A stretch of DNA of 64,000 bases, taken from contig JBFRWI010000135.1 of NCBI GenBank assembly GCA_051439505.1, positions 32,001 through 96,000 on the forward strand, given 5' to 3'. A program made the position numbers and the translations under genes. Of this stretch, positions 9,594-19,986 are shown in pieces (positions within the stretch are counted from its first letter, which is position 1; each line of letters starts with the position of its first letter). Source of the DNA: Hormoscilla sp. (lineage in GTDB: Bacteria; Cyanobacteriota; Cyanobacteriia; Cyanobacteriales; Desertifilaceae). The notes beneath the pieces are model-generated. The model was not told where the DNA came from. It did no database searches and worked only from the letters and a program-made list of their open reading frames with translations.

Positions 9594-11465
9594 ATGAAAC
9601 TTCTGGAGTTATACCTGTCACCTCTTGACAAGACTAGGTTCAAAGTGATTGTGACTCAGTCTCCGGTGGCGGGAGGTGGAGAAACTGAATCCTCGTTGCC
9701 TTTCTCCGATGCGGAGGATAACAGGCGAGGTACTCTTATAAAAAGTTTGGAATTTTCTAGCTTTGAACCTCGTAAGTTCTCGAAGAAGGGAGAACAGGAT
9801 TGGATGGTAAAGGCGGGGTTTTTAGCAAAAGATGGCAAGTATTTCCATCCTAATTATCTGGCTAACATCGGTAAAGCACTCTACCAGGCCCTGTTCCCTA
9901 AAGGTAGTCAAGTAGAGCAGTGCTTGAAAAGTTCGATTCATAAGGCTCAGTCTGAATCGACTCAACTGGTAGTACGGCTGAAATTTATAGAAAATGTGGA
10001 AGGACGGGCTCGACTAATAGATTATCCTTGGGAACTGGTGCATGATTCCCAAAAGTTTCTGTCTCATTACGGAGTGGAATTTTATCGATACATTGACTAC
10101 CTGGGGGCGGTACCAAATTTATCTCCTCTGGAAAAGTTGCATGTTTTGGTGGTATCATCCTCGGCAGGTGACGATCGACTGGGACTAAAACGGCTCCCTG
10201 GAAACAGGCAAAACCCACAAGGGGAACTGCGATCGATTCGGAAAGGGTTGGAAACAGCTAGGAATAAGGGGCATATTTCCCTGGAAGAACTGCCAAACCC
10301 CACCTTCGGGGAATTAAGAAAATATCTCACGGATCATCCCGGGAATAACGCGCCCCACGTGCTGCATTTTGACGGCCATGGTTTGTTTGGCAAGCGCTGT
10401 CAGCACTGTCAGACGATGCACTCGGGAACAATACCTCAACAATGTAGAAAATGTAATGCCGAGTTGCCTTCTCCCCAAGGATATCTGGTGTTTGAGGATG
10501 AAGATGGAAATGCAGATTACATCAGTGCTAAAGAACTGGGAAATCTGCTGCAACAGTCTAGTTTGAGTGACGGTTCCAGTCAAACTGGGGGCGTGGTGCT
10601 AGTGGTATTGAGTGCTTGTCAGTCGGGGATGGCAATAGCGGGAGAGTCAGTGTTTAATGGTGTAGCCCAAAATCTCATTGCCCATCAGGTGCCCGCAGTG
10701 GTGGCGATGCAATATTCGGTGAAAGTTGGTAGCGCCACTAAGTTTGCCGAACAGTTTTATCGTTCCCTGGGGCAGAAAAATTCCCTAGCGGTGGCGGTGA
10801 GTCAGGGACGCGCGGCCATGGGAGTGGAGGGAAATCAGTGGTATCGCCCGGTGCTTTATCTGCGCTGGCAGGATAACGAGGGCGGTCAACTATTTGCCTC
10901 ACGAAAGTGCAAAATCAATATCGTAATTTTTGTAATTCTCTCGTTATTGATTGGTATCTTATTCCCGGAGTTGCCTAGAATTTTCCCTTTTGTATCTAAA
11001 AACATAGAAAAAACAGAAAGCCCGTTGTCAGAACAAAATATCAAGTATAGAAAGTTGGAGAAATTATTGGCATCGAGACAGTTTCAAGAGGCTGATGAGG
11101 AAACCTGGTGCCTTATGTTGCAGGCTGCGGGACAAACATGTCCAGGATTTCCGCCTAAAGACTTAATTGAAACGGTTTCCTGCCCGGACTTGCTCACGAT
11201 CGACAAGTTGTGGGTAAAATATAGCGATGGACGCTTCGGCTTTTCCATCCAGAACCAAATTTATCGACAATTATTGGCAAACCCAAAAATAGAAGATCAA
11301 ATCTGGAAAGACTTTGCAGTTCGAGTGGGCTGGCAAAATGGACAGATCTATTTCAAGAATCTAAAATTGGCTTCATCACCCCGTGGTCACCTCCCGTGGC
11401 GTGCTGGTCAGTATCAGATTCAGTTGCTCTTCGATCGCGTACAAGGATGTAACCCGCGCAAATGA
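9594..11465 (+). CDS. CHAT (caspase-like) domain protein with Zn-ribbon insert, TM helix and C-terminal GUN4 domain
   Basis: YPWEL, HVLHFDGHG (catalytic His), VVLSACQS (catalytic Cys), VVAMQ; CQHC...CRKC; TM IVIFVILSLLIGILF; GUN4 motif YRKLEKLL...EADEET...IDKLWVKYSDGRFGFSIQ...VGW. Confidence 0.85.
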   Translation: MKLLELYLSPLDKTRFKVIVTQSPVAGGGETESSLPFSDAEDNRRGTLIKSLEFSSFEPRKFSKKGEQDWMVKAGFLAKDGKYFHPNYLANIGKALYQALFPKGSQVEQCLKSSIHKAQSESTQLVVRLKFIENVEGRARLIDYPWELVHDSQKFLSHYGVEFYRYIDYLGAVPNLSPLEKLHVLVVSSSAGDDRLGLKRLPGNRQNPQGELRSIRKGLETARNKGHISLEELPNPTFGELRKYLTDHPGNNAPHVLHFDGHGLFGKRCQHCQTMHSGTIPQQCRKCNAELPSPQGYLVFEDEDGNADYISAKELGNLLQQSSLSDGSSQTGGVVLVVLSACQSGMAIAGESVFNGVAQNLIAHQVPAVVAMQYSVKVGSATKFAEQFYRSLGQKNSLAVAVSQGRAAMGVEGNQWYRPVLYLRWQDNEGGQLFASRKCKINIVIFVILSLLIGILFPELPRIFPFVSKNIEKTESPLSEQNIKYRKLEKLLASRQFQEADEETWCLMLQAAGQTCPGFPPKDLIETVSCPDLLTIDKLWVKYSDGRFGFSIQNQIYRQLLANPKIEDQIWKDFAVRVGWQNGQIYFKNLKLASSPRGHLPWRAGQYQIQLLFDRVQGCNPRK

Positions 11466-11585
11466 GAAGGTCTGAAACAATTGACAGCTGGTTGTAGCCC
11501 GGATATTGGCCCAAAGGAAAAGCCAGCAGCAGACTCGGTCTGTCTTTGTAGTGTTAATAAATTACCCATTACCCACGATCTAATT

Positions 11586-12308
11586 ATGAAATCCTCTAAT
11601 AACCGACACAATTTAGTCAAAACCGGGATAGTTGTTTTAGCCGCGATCGCCCCCGCGATCGTCACCGCTAGCGGAATAACACCCACTACTCCCGCTACAG
11701 CAGTTCCCACCACCACACAAAGTTGTACTCTGCCCCCACCCCCAGTGGGTGCAACTGCTGTTTTGGTGGATGACTTGGAAGATGGTGATAGTTTTAACCA
11801 ATTTCGAGGAACCTGGTTTACCTACGACGATCGCGATGTGGGAGGAGATTCATACATCATCTATAAAAATGGTAATAGCGCTTTTAAGGCTAGTTCTGGA
11901 GGCCCCAACGGGTCCCTTTTTGCTGCCAGGATTCAAGGTGTAGTCACCAACACTTATCCGTATGGCTTTTTAGGCATGGGAACGAATCTCCATAACAGTA
12001 ACTGCGCAGTAGATATCACGCAATATTATAATGGCATTAAATTTTGGGCTAAAGGAGACGGCAAACGTTATCGACTCAAGTTGCGATCGCCCGTCACGGG
12101 AGATGACGGTTTTGGTTATAACTTCGTAGCCGATACCCAATGGAAAGAATATGACGTCAAGTTTGGGCAACTCCAACAAGGAGGTCCGGGCCCAGGAGCC
12201 GATCTAAACGATGCTTTAAGGCAGGTAATTAGCATTAACTGGCAAACCGTCGATCAGCCTCACGGTTCTATCGAGTTAATTGTGGATAATATCCGTTTTA
12301 CTCAATAG
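11586..12308 (+). CDS. Secreted CBM11/CIA30-like carbohydrate-binding protein
   Basis: Signal peptide, Thr/Pro linker, LVDDLEDGD...WFTYDD...GIKFWAKGDGKRYRLKL...WKEY...VDNIRF. Confidence 0.7.
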   Translation: MKSSNNRHNLVKTGIVVLAAIAPAIVTASGITPTTPATAVPTTTQSCTLPPPPVGATAVLVDDLEDGDSFNQFRGTWFTYDDRDVGGDSYIIYKNGNSAFKASSGGPNGSLFAARIQGVVTNTYPYGFLGMGTNLHNSNCAVDITQYYNGIKFWAKGDGKRYRLKLRSPVTGDDGFGYNFVADTQWKEYDVKFGQLQQGGPGPGADLNDALRQVISINWQTVDQPHGSIELIVDNIRFTQ

Positions 12309-12674
12309 TAGTGATGGGAACAGCTGAAACACTTGACAGATATTGGTCGAGTCACCACTGAGGACCCCATCCTTGAGGTTCGCAAAGAGCGATCGGGGCC
12401 ACTGCCAACAAAAGAGATCGCTCTTTTTCCCTGCTGTTAACTTGTTAAATTGATATTGAGCGAATGCGAACATTTGCAGATTATCTCGCAGATGGAGAGT
12501 GAAGAGTAGGGAGGTGCGGTTAAAAAGAGGGTGCGATCGCGACGGGTGGTTTAATTGAAAGCGATTTTAATTGCCCCTGTCAGACTGCCCCAGACAATTC
12601 TGCCGAGTTACGATACAGTTATAATTGTTAACCAGTAGGGACATTCAAAAACATCAACCAAGGAGAAATCAACA

Positions 12675-12998
12675 ATGGAAAAATTCGACCGAATAGCGAT
12701 CGACCCCAAAATTGGCCTGGGGCAACCAACAATAAGGAATATGCGGATAACAGTCAGCTTTGTCATCAAAATGTTAGCCAGCACAAAATCTATCGAAGCA
12801 GTTCTCGAAGCATATCCAGAATTGGAAGCAGAAGATATAGAACAAGCCTTAGAATACGCCGCTTGGGCCGTTTCCGATCGCATTGTTAATATTCCTAAGC
12901 AAACGCCAAAGCTGCTTGAATTGCTTCGCGCGTCAGTCGCGGATGATCATCCAGCAGTTGTTCTTGAGTCTCCCCCGCAGCCAGACTTTCGAGGATAA
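12675..12998 (+). CDS. DUF433 domain protein; C-terminus runs into the opposite-strand gene
   Basis: RIAIDPKIGLGQPTIRNMRITV...YPELEAEDIEQALEYAA; the native end is probably near 12896. Confidence 0.8.
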   Translation: MEKFDRIAIDPKIGLGQPTIRNMRITVSFVIKMLASTKSIEAVLEAYPELEAEDIEQALEYAAWAVSDRIVNIPKQTPKLLELLRASVADDHPAVVLESPPQPDFRG

Positions 12999-13101
12999 AT
13001 TCGACAGTAATGCGAGTGCCGGCGATGGTTGGTTTACCCATCATTACTTTAGGATCCGAAACTATAAATTGTCGATACCGATCCATGATTTTTACCTTCA
13101 A
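12895..13101 (-). CDS. DUF433 domain protein, probably 3'-truncated
   Basis: IVSDPKVMMGKPTIAGTRITVEFILESLAAG...HPRLTREAIQAALAFA. Confidence 0.75.
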   Translation of the reverse strand: MKVKIMDRYRQFIVSDPKVMMGKPTIAGTRITVEFILESLAAGETQEQLLDDHPRLTREAIQAALAFA

Positions 13102-13115
13102 AAAGTTGTATTAAT

Positions 13116-13385
13116 TTATTGTAGCATAAGCGATCGTAATCGCCGCCACTGCCAATAAGGGCGATCGCTCTTGGCTATAGGGACAACCCCAATTGTACCC
13201 AAAGCTATTGCGAGTTCTTCCATATAGGCATCATCCAAATGACCGATCGCCTTAACAATTCGATACTTGTCAATTACTCTAACCTGTATTTGTAAAATTA
13301 CCACAGGTCGTATTCCTGCTTGTTCCGTACCAATTACGGGATTGAGATCGCACAATACCACATCGCCTCGGTTAACGTTTACCAT
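13116..13385 (-). pseudogene. PemK/MazF toxin with an in-frame internal deletion
   Basis: RGDVVLCDLNPVIGTEQAGIRPVVILQ is joined directly to IQVRVIDKYRI; the central ~40 residues typical of MazF/PemK are absent. Confidence 0.75.
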
Positions 13386-13609
13386 TGAATTTCTCCACTA
13401 GCTAAACGTTCCTCATAGTCTTGCAAGTTAGATAAATAATCGGAAAAATCAGATTCTGCTAATTCTATTCCCTCTGTAAAATGCACCCACAACTGCCTGC
13501 GATCGCCATCGGGTTTCGTCAACAAGAAGCTAACAAAATCATTAACTTCCCGAACCAGGTCTTCAGGCAGTTGATTAATCTTAGCAATAGTTTCTTCGCG
13601 GACGTTCAT
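13379..13609 (-). CDS. DUF2281-like antitoxin
   Basis: MNVREETIAKINQLPEDLVREVNDFVSFL; RBS ggagg; overlaps the PemK start. Confidence 0.65.
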   Translation of the reverse strand: MNVREETIAKINQLPEDLVREVNDFVSFLLTKPDGDRRQLWVHFTEGIELAESDFSDYLSNLQDYEERLASGEIQW

Positions 13610-13794
13610 CTGTCCTCCTATGTTAGTTTTTAGTTTGACTTTGAGATATTCTAGCATGGCTATTGGCAGTTAGCACTAAGCATAACTTGACATAATCACG
13701 TTTAATTTTGTTCGACAATGCCCCAACTAACAACAAATGCGATCGGCCATCCAAATTTCACCGGTGTATCGGAAATGACAACACTACAAAATAT

Positions 13795-14028
13795 TTAATC
13801 ATCCCACTCCGCCCTTAGTGCTTTTTGAAATTCAAGGGAGTCAACCCGTTTTGGCAGAAAGCCAAACAGGTCAAAAGGCTCATCGGGTTCTTCAGGAACT
13901 TCTGTTAGTGGCGACAAAGGTTGTACCACGACAATAACTTCTACTAAACCCGGTTCCACAGCATCGGGCAGGGGAATTTCCAGTAGGCGATCGCTGCCAA
14001 CTGAAACAACTTTCCGAATAGTTTCCAT
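13795..14028 (-). CDS. Small hypothetical protein, antitoxin-like
   Basis: METIRKVVSVGSDRLLEIPLP...VEVIVVV...DSLEFQKALRAEWDD resembles cyanobacterial PIN-toxin-associated antitoxins. Confidence 0.55.
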   Translation of the reverse strand: METIRKVVSVGSDRLLEIPLPDAVEPGLVEVIVVVQPLSPLTEVPEEPDEPFDLFGFLPKRVDSLEFQKALRAEWDD

Positions 14029-14100
14029 AATTACTCTTTTGACACAAGGCAACAATAATTTATAATCAAACCATTCTACTGTTATATTTTACTGCCGAAT

Positions 14101-15105
14101 ATGGCAAAGCAAGGTTGGACAGAACTCCACGCCCAGCTACATCGGACATTACGCACGCGCCAACTCCTGCCCAAAAACAGCCCCATCCTGGTGGCAGTAT
14201 CGGGGGGACAAGACTCTCTATGCTTAATAAAATTACTGCTAGACTTGCAGTCCAAATGGGGGTGGTCCCTGGCGATCGCCCACTGCGATCATCGCTGGCG
14301 TGGGGACTCCCAAGCCAACGCCCAGCACGTAGAAAAGCTGGCCCAAACTTGGGGGCTCCCATATTACCAACAGACAGCAACCGAAGCCTTAAATAGTGAA
14401 GCAGCAGCCAGGCAGTGGCGCTATCAGGCCCTCAGGGCGATCGCCACAAACTCCGGGCAGAAGTACATCGTCACCGGACACACGGCGAGCGATCGGGCGG
14501 AAACCCTACTATACAATCTCATTCGCGGTAGTGGAGCCGACGGTTTACAAGCCCTAACCTGGAAACGCCCCCTCGATCCCGGTATCCAGCTAGTCCGTCC
14601 CCTGCTAGAAAGCACCCGCAGTCAAACTGGCGCCTTTTGCCACCAGTTCCACATCCCCATCTGGGAAGACTCCACCAACCAAGAGTTAAAATATGCCCGC
14701 AATCGCATTCGCCGAGATTTAATTCCATATTTACAGCAATATATCAACCCCAAAGCCGAAGAGAACTTGGCGAAGACAGCAGAATTACTGCAAGCCGAAG
14801 TAGAGTATCTAGAACAGACAGCCACCCAGATCCGAAAGGAAGCTCAACATCCCAGTCAACCAGGCTTAAATCGTCGGATAGTGAGTGCAGTACCCCTGGC
14901 CCTCCAGCGCCGAGTACTGCGACAATTTTTGACCATGGCCCTATCCGGCAGTCCTAGCTTCGACCAGATAGAGAAAATTCGCAGCCTGATATCAGCCCCC
15001 AACCGGTCCAACACCGATCCTTTTCCCGGGGGGGCGATCGCCCGAGTAGAAGACCCCTGGATCTGGATCATCCCAGGCCATAACCCAAATGCATCTGGGC
15101 CCTAA
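14101..15105 (+). CDS. tilS: tRNA(Ile)-lysidine synthetase
   Basis: AVSGGQDS PP-loop, EAAARQWRY, TGHTASDRAET, RPLL, DSTN, RNRIR. Confidence 0.97.
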   Translation: MAKQGWTELHAQLHRTLRTRQLLPKNSPILVAVSGGQDSLCLIKLLLDLQSKWGWSLAIAHCDHRWRGDSQANAQHVEKLAQTWGLPYYQQTATEALNSEAAARQWRYQALRAIATNSGQKYIVTGHTASDRAETLLYNLIRGSGADGLQALTWKRPLDPGIQLVRPLLESTRSQTGAFCHQFHIPIWEDSTNQELKYARNRIRRDLIPYLQQYINPKAEENLAKTAELLQAEVEYLEQTATQIRKEAQHPSQPGLNRRIVSAVPLALQRRVLRQFLTMALSGSPSFDQIEKIRSLISAPNRSNTDPFPGGAIARVEDPWIWIIPGHNPNASGP

Positions 15106-16832
15106 TTAGTGAGACTGGCAATAGTTTGCTGCATTTGGGCGATCGCCTGAAGTTGATAGTCACCCGTTTCCTGCGCTTGGTTGAGGGTCTCAGAAATTGC
15201 CTCCAGTTTTGAGCGCAGGCCATTAACCATATCCTGCATTGGCTGTAGAGTCTCTTGATATAGATTCACCATCGCCCTAACTTCTGTAGCTGAGACCCGC
15301 TGTGCTTGGCAATTAAGCTCCAGTTCTTTGATTTCATTGCCTTTGGCCTCTTGTTCGCTCATCTGAGATTTAATCAAACTTTCTGCTTGACCAATAGCCT
15401 CCCGCATCTGAGCAATTTCCCCTTCCAACTTTTGCAGTTCCTCTGTCTGTGCTTGTCGCTGTGTCTCCAACTGTTCCAGCACCGGTCCCAGATTAATCTG
15501 CGCTCCTTTTCCCGGCTCCATCGGAAATCCCTGCCGGCGTTTCAACACCACTTCATGCTGATTGAGGATCTCTTCTCGTTCTCGGAGATTCCGGCGGGAA
15601 CCTACCAAGGATTCATTCAGGTACTGATAGCTTTCCTCCTCACCCGAGAGTTCCGTCTCCAGAGTCAGGCGATCGTACTCACTCGCTTGCTCTATCTTCT
15701 GTTTCAGTTCATCAATTGCCTGAAGTTGGTATTGCAGTTCTTCTTCCTGGTCTTTAACAAAACCTGATGCTTTATCTAGATCCCGTTGCAAATCTCCTAC
15801 AATTCCTTGCAGCTCTTCTATCGGCATCTTTTCTAGAGCTTCCAAATCCACGCTCACAATCACTTGACCCGCCGACTCCGCTAGCTGGTTAATTTGTTGA
15901 TATAACTCTTCGGTAGTTTTCAGATTTAGCCCCAATGTTTCAGCATATTCTTGCTTCAGACTCAAAGCTTTCTGCTGCGTTTTCAACTCTGAGTTTGCCT
16001 GAGCTAGGGCCTCTTCTGCTTGCTGCCACTGTTGCTTTCTATTTTCCATATCTGCCGTGATTCTGTCAACTTCCGCTTGCAGATCTTCAGCTGCATTGCT
16101 TTGTTGATCCAACTTTTGCCAGTAGCTATCCAGATTGCCCTGCTGAGAGTTCGCCAGTTCAAACACCTGATTTAATTCTGACCGCACCGATTCCGTCGGG
16201 GCGATCGCACCCGATAAGCGATTCAATATCTCCTGAATTTTCCCACTTTGCTCTTCATCCAACACCGACGCCTGCTGCAACTGAGCCTGTCCCTCTTCCA
16301 GACGCTGCTGTGCCCCCCGCAGTTGAGCCCATGCTCCCTCCAGTTCTTGTTGGTTGCGTTCTATCTCTGACTTCAGGCGATCGGCCTCTTCACGCGCCTT
16401 TTCAATTTCGAGACGTTGTTCCTCTATCTTTTCCGACTCTTCCTCCAACGCCTCCAGTTGTTCTTGCCGAGCTTGCATTTCCATTTCCCGGCGATTCAAC
16501 TCCTGCGCTTGATAAGTCAGAGACTGTTTCCACGTCTCTATTTCTTCTTCTTGATTCTTAAACTTTTCCTGCAATTTTGAAAAATTTTGCAGAATTGCCA
16601 CCAAAGGTCGTCCCGCCTTTTGTGGCGGTCGCTGCACCTGTTTGCTCGCCGATAGTTCTATCAGTACCAATTCCCCATCTTCAAAATTCTTTGCCTGTTC
16701 ATCAGCAATCACCTCCTCTTTTTCCGCGTTCCAATTCTGCTCACTACGCTGACTTGCCAGCAGTTTAAATTCTGCTTTCGCACCTACCCCAAAAGTTCCC
16801 ACCTTTTTTTGTACTTCCGCTAGATACAGCAC
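15102..16832 (-). CDS. hmpF: Pilus motility/taxis coiled-coil protein HmpF
   Basis: MLYLAEVQKK N-terminus, long coiled coil, divergent from the hmpA-E cluster as in Nostoc. Confidence 0.9.
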   Translation of the reverse strand: MLYLAEVQKKVGTFGVGAKAEFKLLASQRSEQNWNAEKEEVIADEQAKNFEDGELVLIELSASKQVQRPPQKAGRPLVAILQNFSKLQEKFKNQEEEIETWKQSLTYQAQELNRREMEMQARQEQLEALEEESEKIEEQRLEIEKAREEADRLKSEIERNQQELEGAWAQLRGAQQRLEEGQAQLQQASVLDEEQSGKIQEILNRLSGAIAPTESVRSELNQVFELANSQQGNLDSYWQKLDQQSNAAEDLQAEVDRITADMENRKQQWQQAEEALAQANSELKTQQKALSLKQEYAETLGLNLKTTEELYQQINQLAESAGQVIVSVDLEALEKMPIEELQGIVGDLQRDLDKASGFVKDQEEELQYQLQAIDELKQKIEQASEYDRLTLETELSGEEESYQYLNESLVGSRRNLREREEILNQHEVVLKRRQGFPMEPGKGAQINLGPVLEQLETQRQAQTEELQKLEGEIAQMREAIGQAESLIKSQMSEQEAKGNEIKELELNCQAQRVSATEVRAMVNLYQETLQPMQDMVNGLRSKLEAISETLNQAQETGDYQLQAIAQMQQTIASLTN

Positions 16833-17968
16833 GCTGATATTCCTCTTGATAATTTCTTGTACGATTGTCTGGCTTTACATTTCTCTAATAGTTTATTTAC
16901 TTTTCTTCTACCTATTCACTGTTCATACTCTTGCCCAAGTCCTCTTTCTTTTTTTCATTTTTGCTTTTAGACATAATTACCCCCATCCCCGGCGAGCTGT
17001 GGCGAGCGCCGACATGCCGGACTAACCTGACTCGACTCGGAGCTGTCATCGTCGCGTGTTACTTTCAACCCGGTAGCTGGACTTCACCAATCACACCCAA
17101 GATAGAGACGCTCTGACAATCATATCGCAAGTTAACTCTCAACCGGGTATGATAGGCAAATAGCCGAGTAGCCCGAGCCCTCAGAGCCACCGGGTCTATG
17201 TCGAGCGCCTTGACTCGTGGGACCGGCGAGGTTGTAACTACCGGTCGGAATCTGGGGCTACCACCTAAGCCTCCTCCCATGAGGGGGCTTGCGACTAGAC
17301 CGAGAATACTCCTGTTGAGCATAGGTAATTTCGCAGCTGATGAAGATGAGCGCCGGTGATTAACAGAGCAATCAGCCCAGAATACACCGAAATTACTCAT
17401 ACCTAGATCTGGCAAGGGAATTACAATATAACTAAGGAATGACGTCTTGATTAAACGCCAACGGAAGTGACCTGTGAAATCCGACCTATAAGCGGCTAGC
17501 GAGCGCATCGTTCCTAATTTAGCACAGCTTGGATATTTATGCCCGTCCCCGGAGAGGGGGCAAGGGTTAAGCCAATGTCATTGCTTTTAACCTGAAGTAA
17601 GATCTGTCTGGTGCAGCTAGCTAGAAGCTGAAGCTTTTGGACTCAGTCCCAGGGATAGGAACTAGCGGCCAAGTCAGCCGGTGGCATGAGGTAGAATTAT
17701 CAGCAAGGGAAAGCAATTGTGGGTCAAGTTGCAGATCCAACTGGAACCCATACCCATAAATATCTCCCATGCAGTCGCCGGGCCACAGGAGAGCCAATAG
17801 TGCCCAAGCCCAGAGCACGCCCTCAGCTGAGAGCGTGCAGCTAGCAGAAGTACGAGAGGTGACGGCCTGAGCAGTCTCCTCGCCGTTTGATGGTTCTCAC
17901 CGATCCAGTATGTGCGCGATCGCGGCGATCGGAAACAAACAAGAGTAAAAGATAGCATCGGGATCTGC

Positions 17969-19279
17969 ATGCAAGGACAGTTGAGCGAAATCGATATCCG
18001 TAGCATCTTGCAACTGATAGAGTTGGGACAGCGAACAGGAGAGTTGTTTGTAGAGGCTTATGCCTCGGGGCCAGGTAGCGGCGATCACAGTTGTCGTTTG
18101 CCGAGTTCGCAATCATGGTTTGTCTTTTTTCTCAACGGTAAGATTATCTATGCAGCAGCCGATACAGATAGCAATTTGTTGCGTTTGCGGGACTACCTGC
18201 GTTACTACAAAAAAGATGCTGCCAACCAAGAGATCCGCACCTCCAAAAGATCCTCCATCAATGCGCCAGAGTACGGTTACCTGTGGGCAATGCTGGAAAA
18301 TCACGACCTAACGCCAGCTCAAGGGCGGGCCATAATCGGGAAAATGGTGCATGAAACCCTATTTGACCTGCTCTCGCTGCACCAAGGTTCTTTCATCTTT
18401 GAGGTAGGGCCAGCTTTGGCACCACAGCTAACAACCCTGGATAATCGCTCCCTAGTAACAAAAATTATGCAGCAGATGCAGGAGTGGATGCAGTTTCATC
18501 CCCACATACAATCGCCAAACCAATGTCCGGTGATTGCCAATCATGCCCGATTGAGCTCAAGCATGAGCAAAAATAACTACAGAATCCTCCGGACCTGGGC
18601 AGATGGAAAAAGTTCCATGCGGCAAATAGCCCGTTACTTAAATGGAGATGTCTTGACAGTGGCCAAGGTAATTTATCCTTATGTACAAGAGGGATGTGTA
18701 CAGCTGGTAGAGCGGCATGATGGGGAACCGACAGCGGCAAAAAAGGAATGGCCGAGCGATCGCGCACCGTTCGGGAAAAATCGGATTCCCCGCATTGTTT
18801 GTATTGATGATAGCGTTGCTATTTGTAAAGCAGTAGAGTCCATGCTGAAGCAGCATTACGAAGTCGCTGCGATCGGCGATCCCATCAAGGCCCTGAGTAT
18901 GGTGTTCCAACTGAAACCTGACTTGATCCTGTGTGACATTGCGATGCCGGAACTAGATGGCTACGAAATTTGTGCTATGCTCCGGCGCTCAACAGTATTT
19001 CGCCAGACTCCAATAGTGATGCTGACTGGTAAGGATGGATTTATTGACCGAGTCAAGGCCAGGATGGTGGGAGCAACGGACTACCTGACAAAACCCTTTG
19101 GAGAAGGGGAACTATTGACAATATCAGAAATATATCTGGGCAGAGGCCCGTCTGGGGTGCCGGGTTCGTTAGCTTCTAGGCCGCTAGATGATGGATCCAA
19201 CACCGTGCCGGAAAAATCAGAGAGTGCCAACTGGAGATTGGCTCAATTGAGACAGCACCCTAGCAGACATTTTAGCTAA
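17969..19279 (+). CDS. hmpA: PatA-family response regulator (HmpA/PilG)
   Basis: MQGQLSEIDIRSILQLIELGQRTGEL (PATAN/DUF4388) plus C-terminal receiver domain (CIDDS, CDIAMP, KPF). Confidence 0.9.
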   Translation: MQGQLSEIDIRSILQLIELGQRTGELFVEAYASGPGSGDHSCRLPSSQSWFVFFLNGKIIYAAADTDSNLLRLRDYLRYYKKDAANQEIRTSKRSSINAPEYGYLWAMLENHDLTPAQGRAIIGKMVHETLFDLLSLHQGSFIFEVGPALAPQLTTLDNRSLVTKIMQQMQEWMQFHPHIQSPNQCPVIANHARLSSSMSKNNYRILRTWADGKSSMRQIARYLNGDVLTVAKVIYPYVQEGCVQLVERHDGEPTAAKKEWPSDRAPFGKNRIPRIVCIDDSVAICKAVESMLKQHYEVAAIGDPIKALSMVFQLKPDLILCDIAMPELDGYEICAMLRRSTVFRQTPIVMLTGKDGFIDRVKARMVGATDYLTKPFGEGELLTISEIYLGRGPSGVPGSLASRPLDDGSNTVPEKSESANWRLAQLRQHPSRHFS

Positions 19280-19369
19280 ATTGGAGAGTGTTGCATAGAT
19301 GAGACAAAACATAGGTAAACATAGGTATTTACCCTAGTGGGAGGCAGCGCAGTTAGCAGGTAGGAAGTT

Positions 19370-19735
19370 ATGAGTACTGTTCTAGTGGTTGAAGATAGTG
19401 TGGCCCAACGGGAGATGATCGCAGAACTCTTGAAGGGAAGCGGCTTAACTGTAGAAAAAGCAAGTGATGGGGTAGAGGCATTGGAGAAAATCCAATCGAC
19501 TCGCCTGGATTTAGTGGTATTGGATATTGTCATGCCGCGAATGAATGGCTACGAAGTTTGCCGTCGTCTGAAGGCAGACCCCAAAACCCAAAATGTGCCG
19601 GTGGTAATGTGTTCTTCCAAAGGAGAAGAATTCGATCGCTACTGGGGAATGAAGCAAGGGGCAGATGCCTACATTGCGAAACCGTTTCAGCCGACAGAGC
19701 TAGTGGGAACGGTCAAACAACTGCTACGAGGGTAG
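19370..19735 (+). CDS. hmpB: CheY-like response regulator (HmpB/PilH)
   Basis: Single receiver domain VLVVEDS...LDIVMP...KPF. Confidence 0.92.
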   Translation: MSTVLVVEDSVAQREMIAELLKGSGLTVEKASDGVEALEKIQSTRLDLVVLDIVMPRMNGYEVCRRLKADPKTQNVPVVMCSSKGEEFDRYWGMKQGADAYIAKPFQPTELVGTVKQLLRG

Positions 19736-19986
19736 TCATGGCCGTAGGTGGTTAGTGGTTAGAATAATGATAACCGCGTTCGACCGCTCCAGACCGCTCG
19801 GGAGGTGAAGGCAGCTGTTGGCCTCCAGACTGGCGAACCGATTGAGTCCGACAGTGAGGGATGACAAGTGGGAAGTTAGTTCCATCTATACCGAAGGTGC
19901 GTGCAGTTGTCCAGTAACAACCTACAACTGACTAACAACCTTCCCACTGATAACTAACAAATAACAACTGACAAGCGTAGGGGGAA

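Noticed and set aside
16833..17968. Possible tmRNA, other ncRNA or ORF (17065..17508) in the 1.1-kb hmpF-hmpA gap
   Set aside because: No tRNA-like ends, tag peptide or recognisable motif; long divergent promoter regions are expected here.
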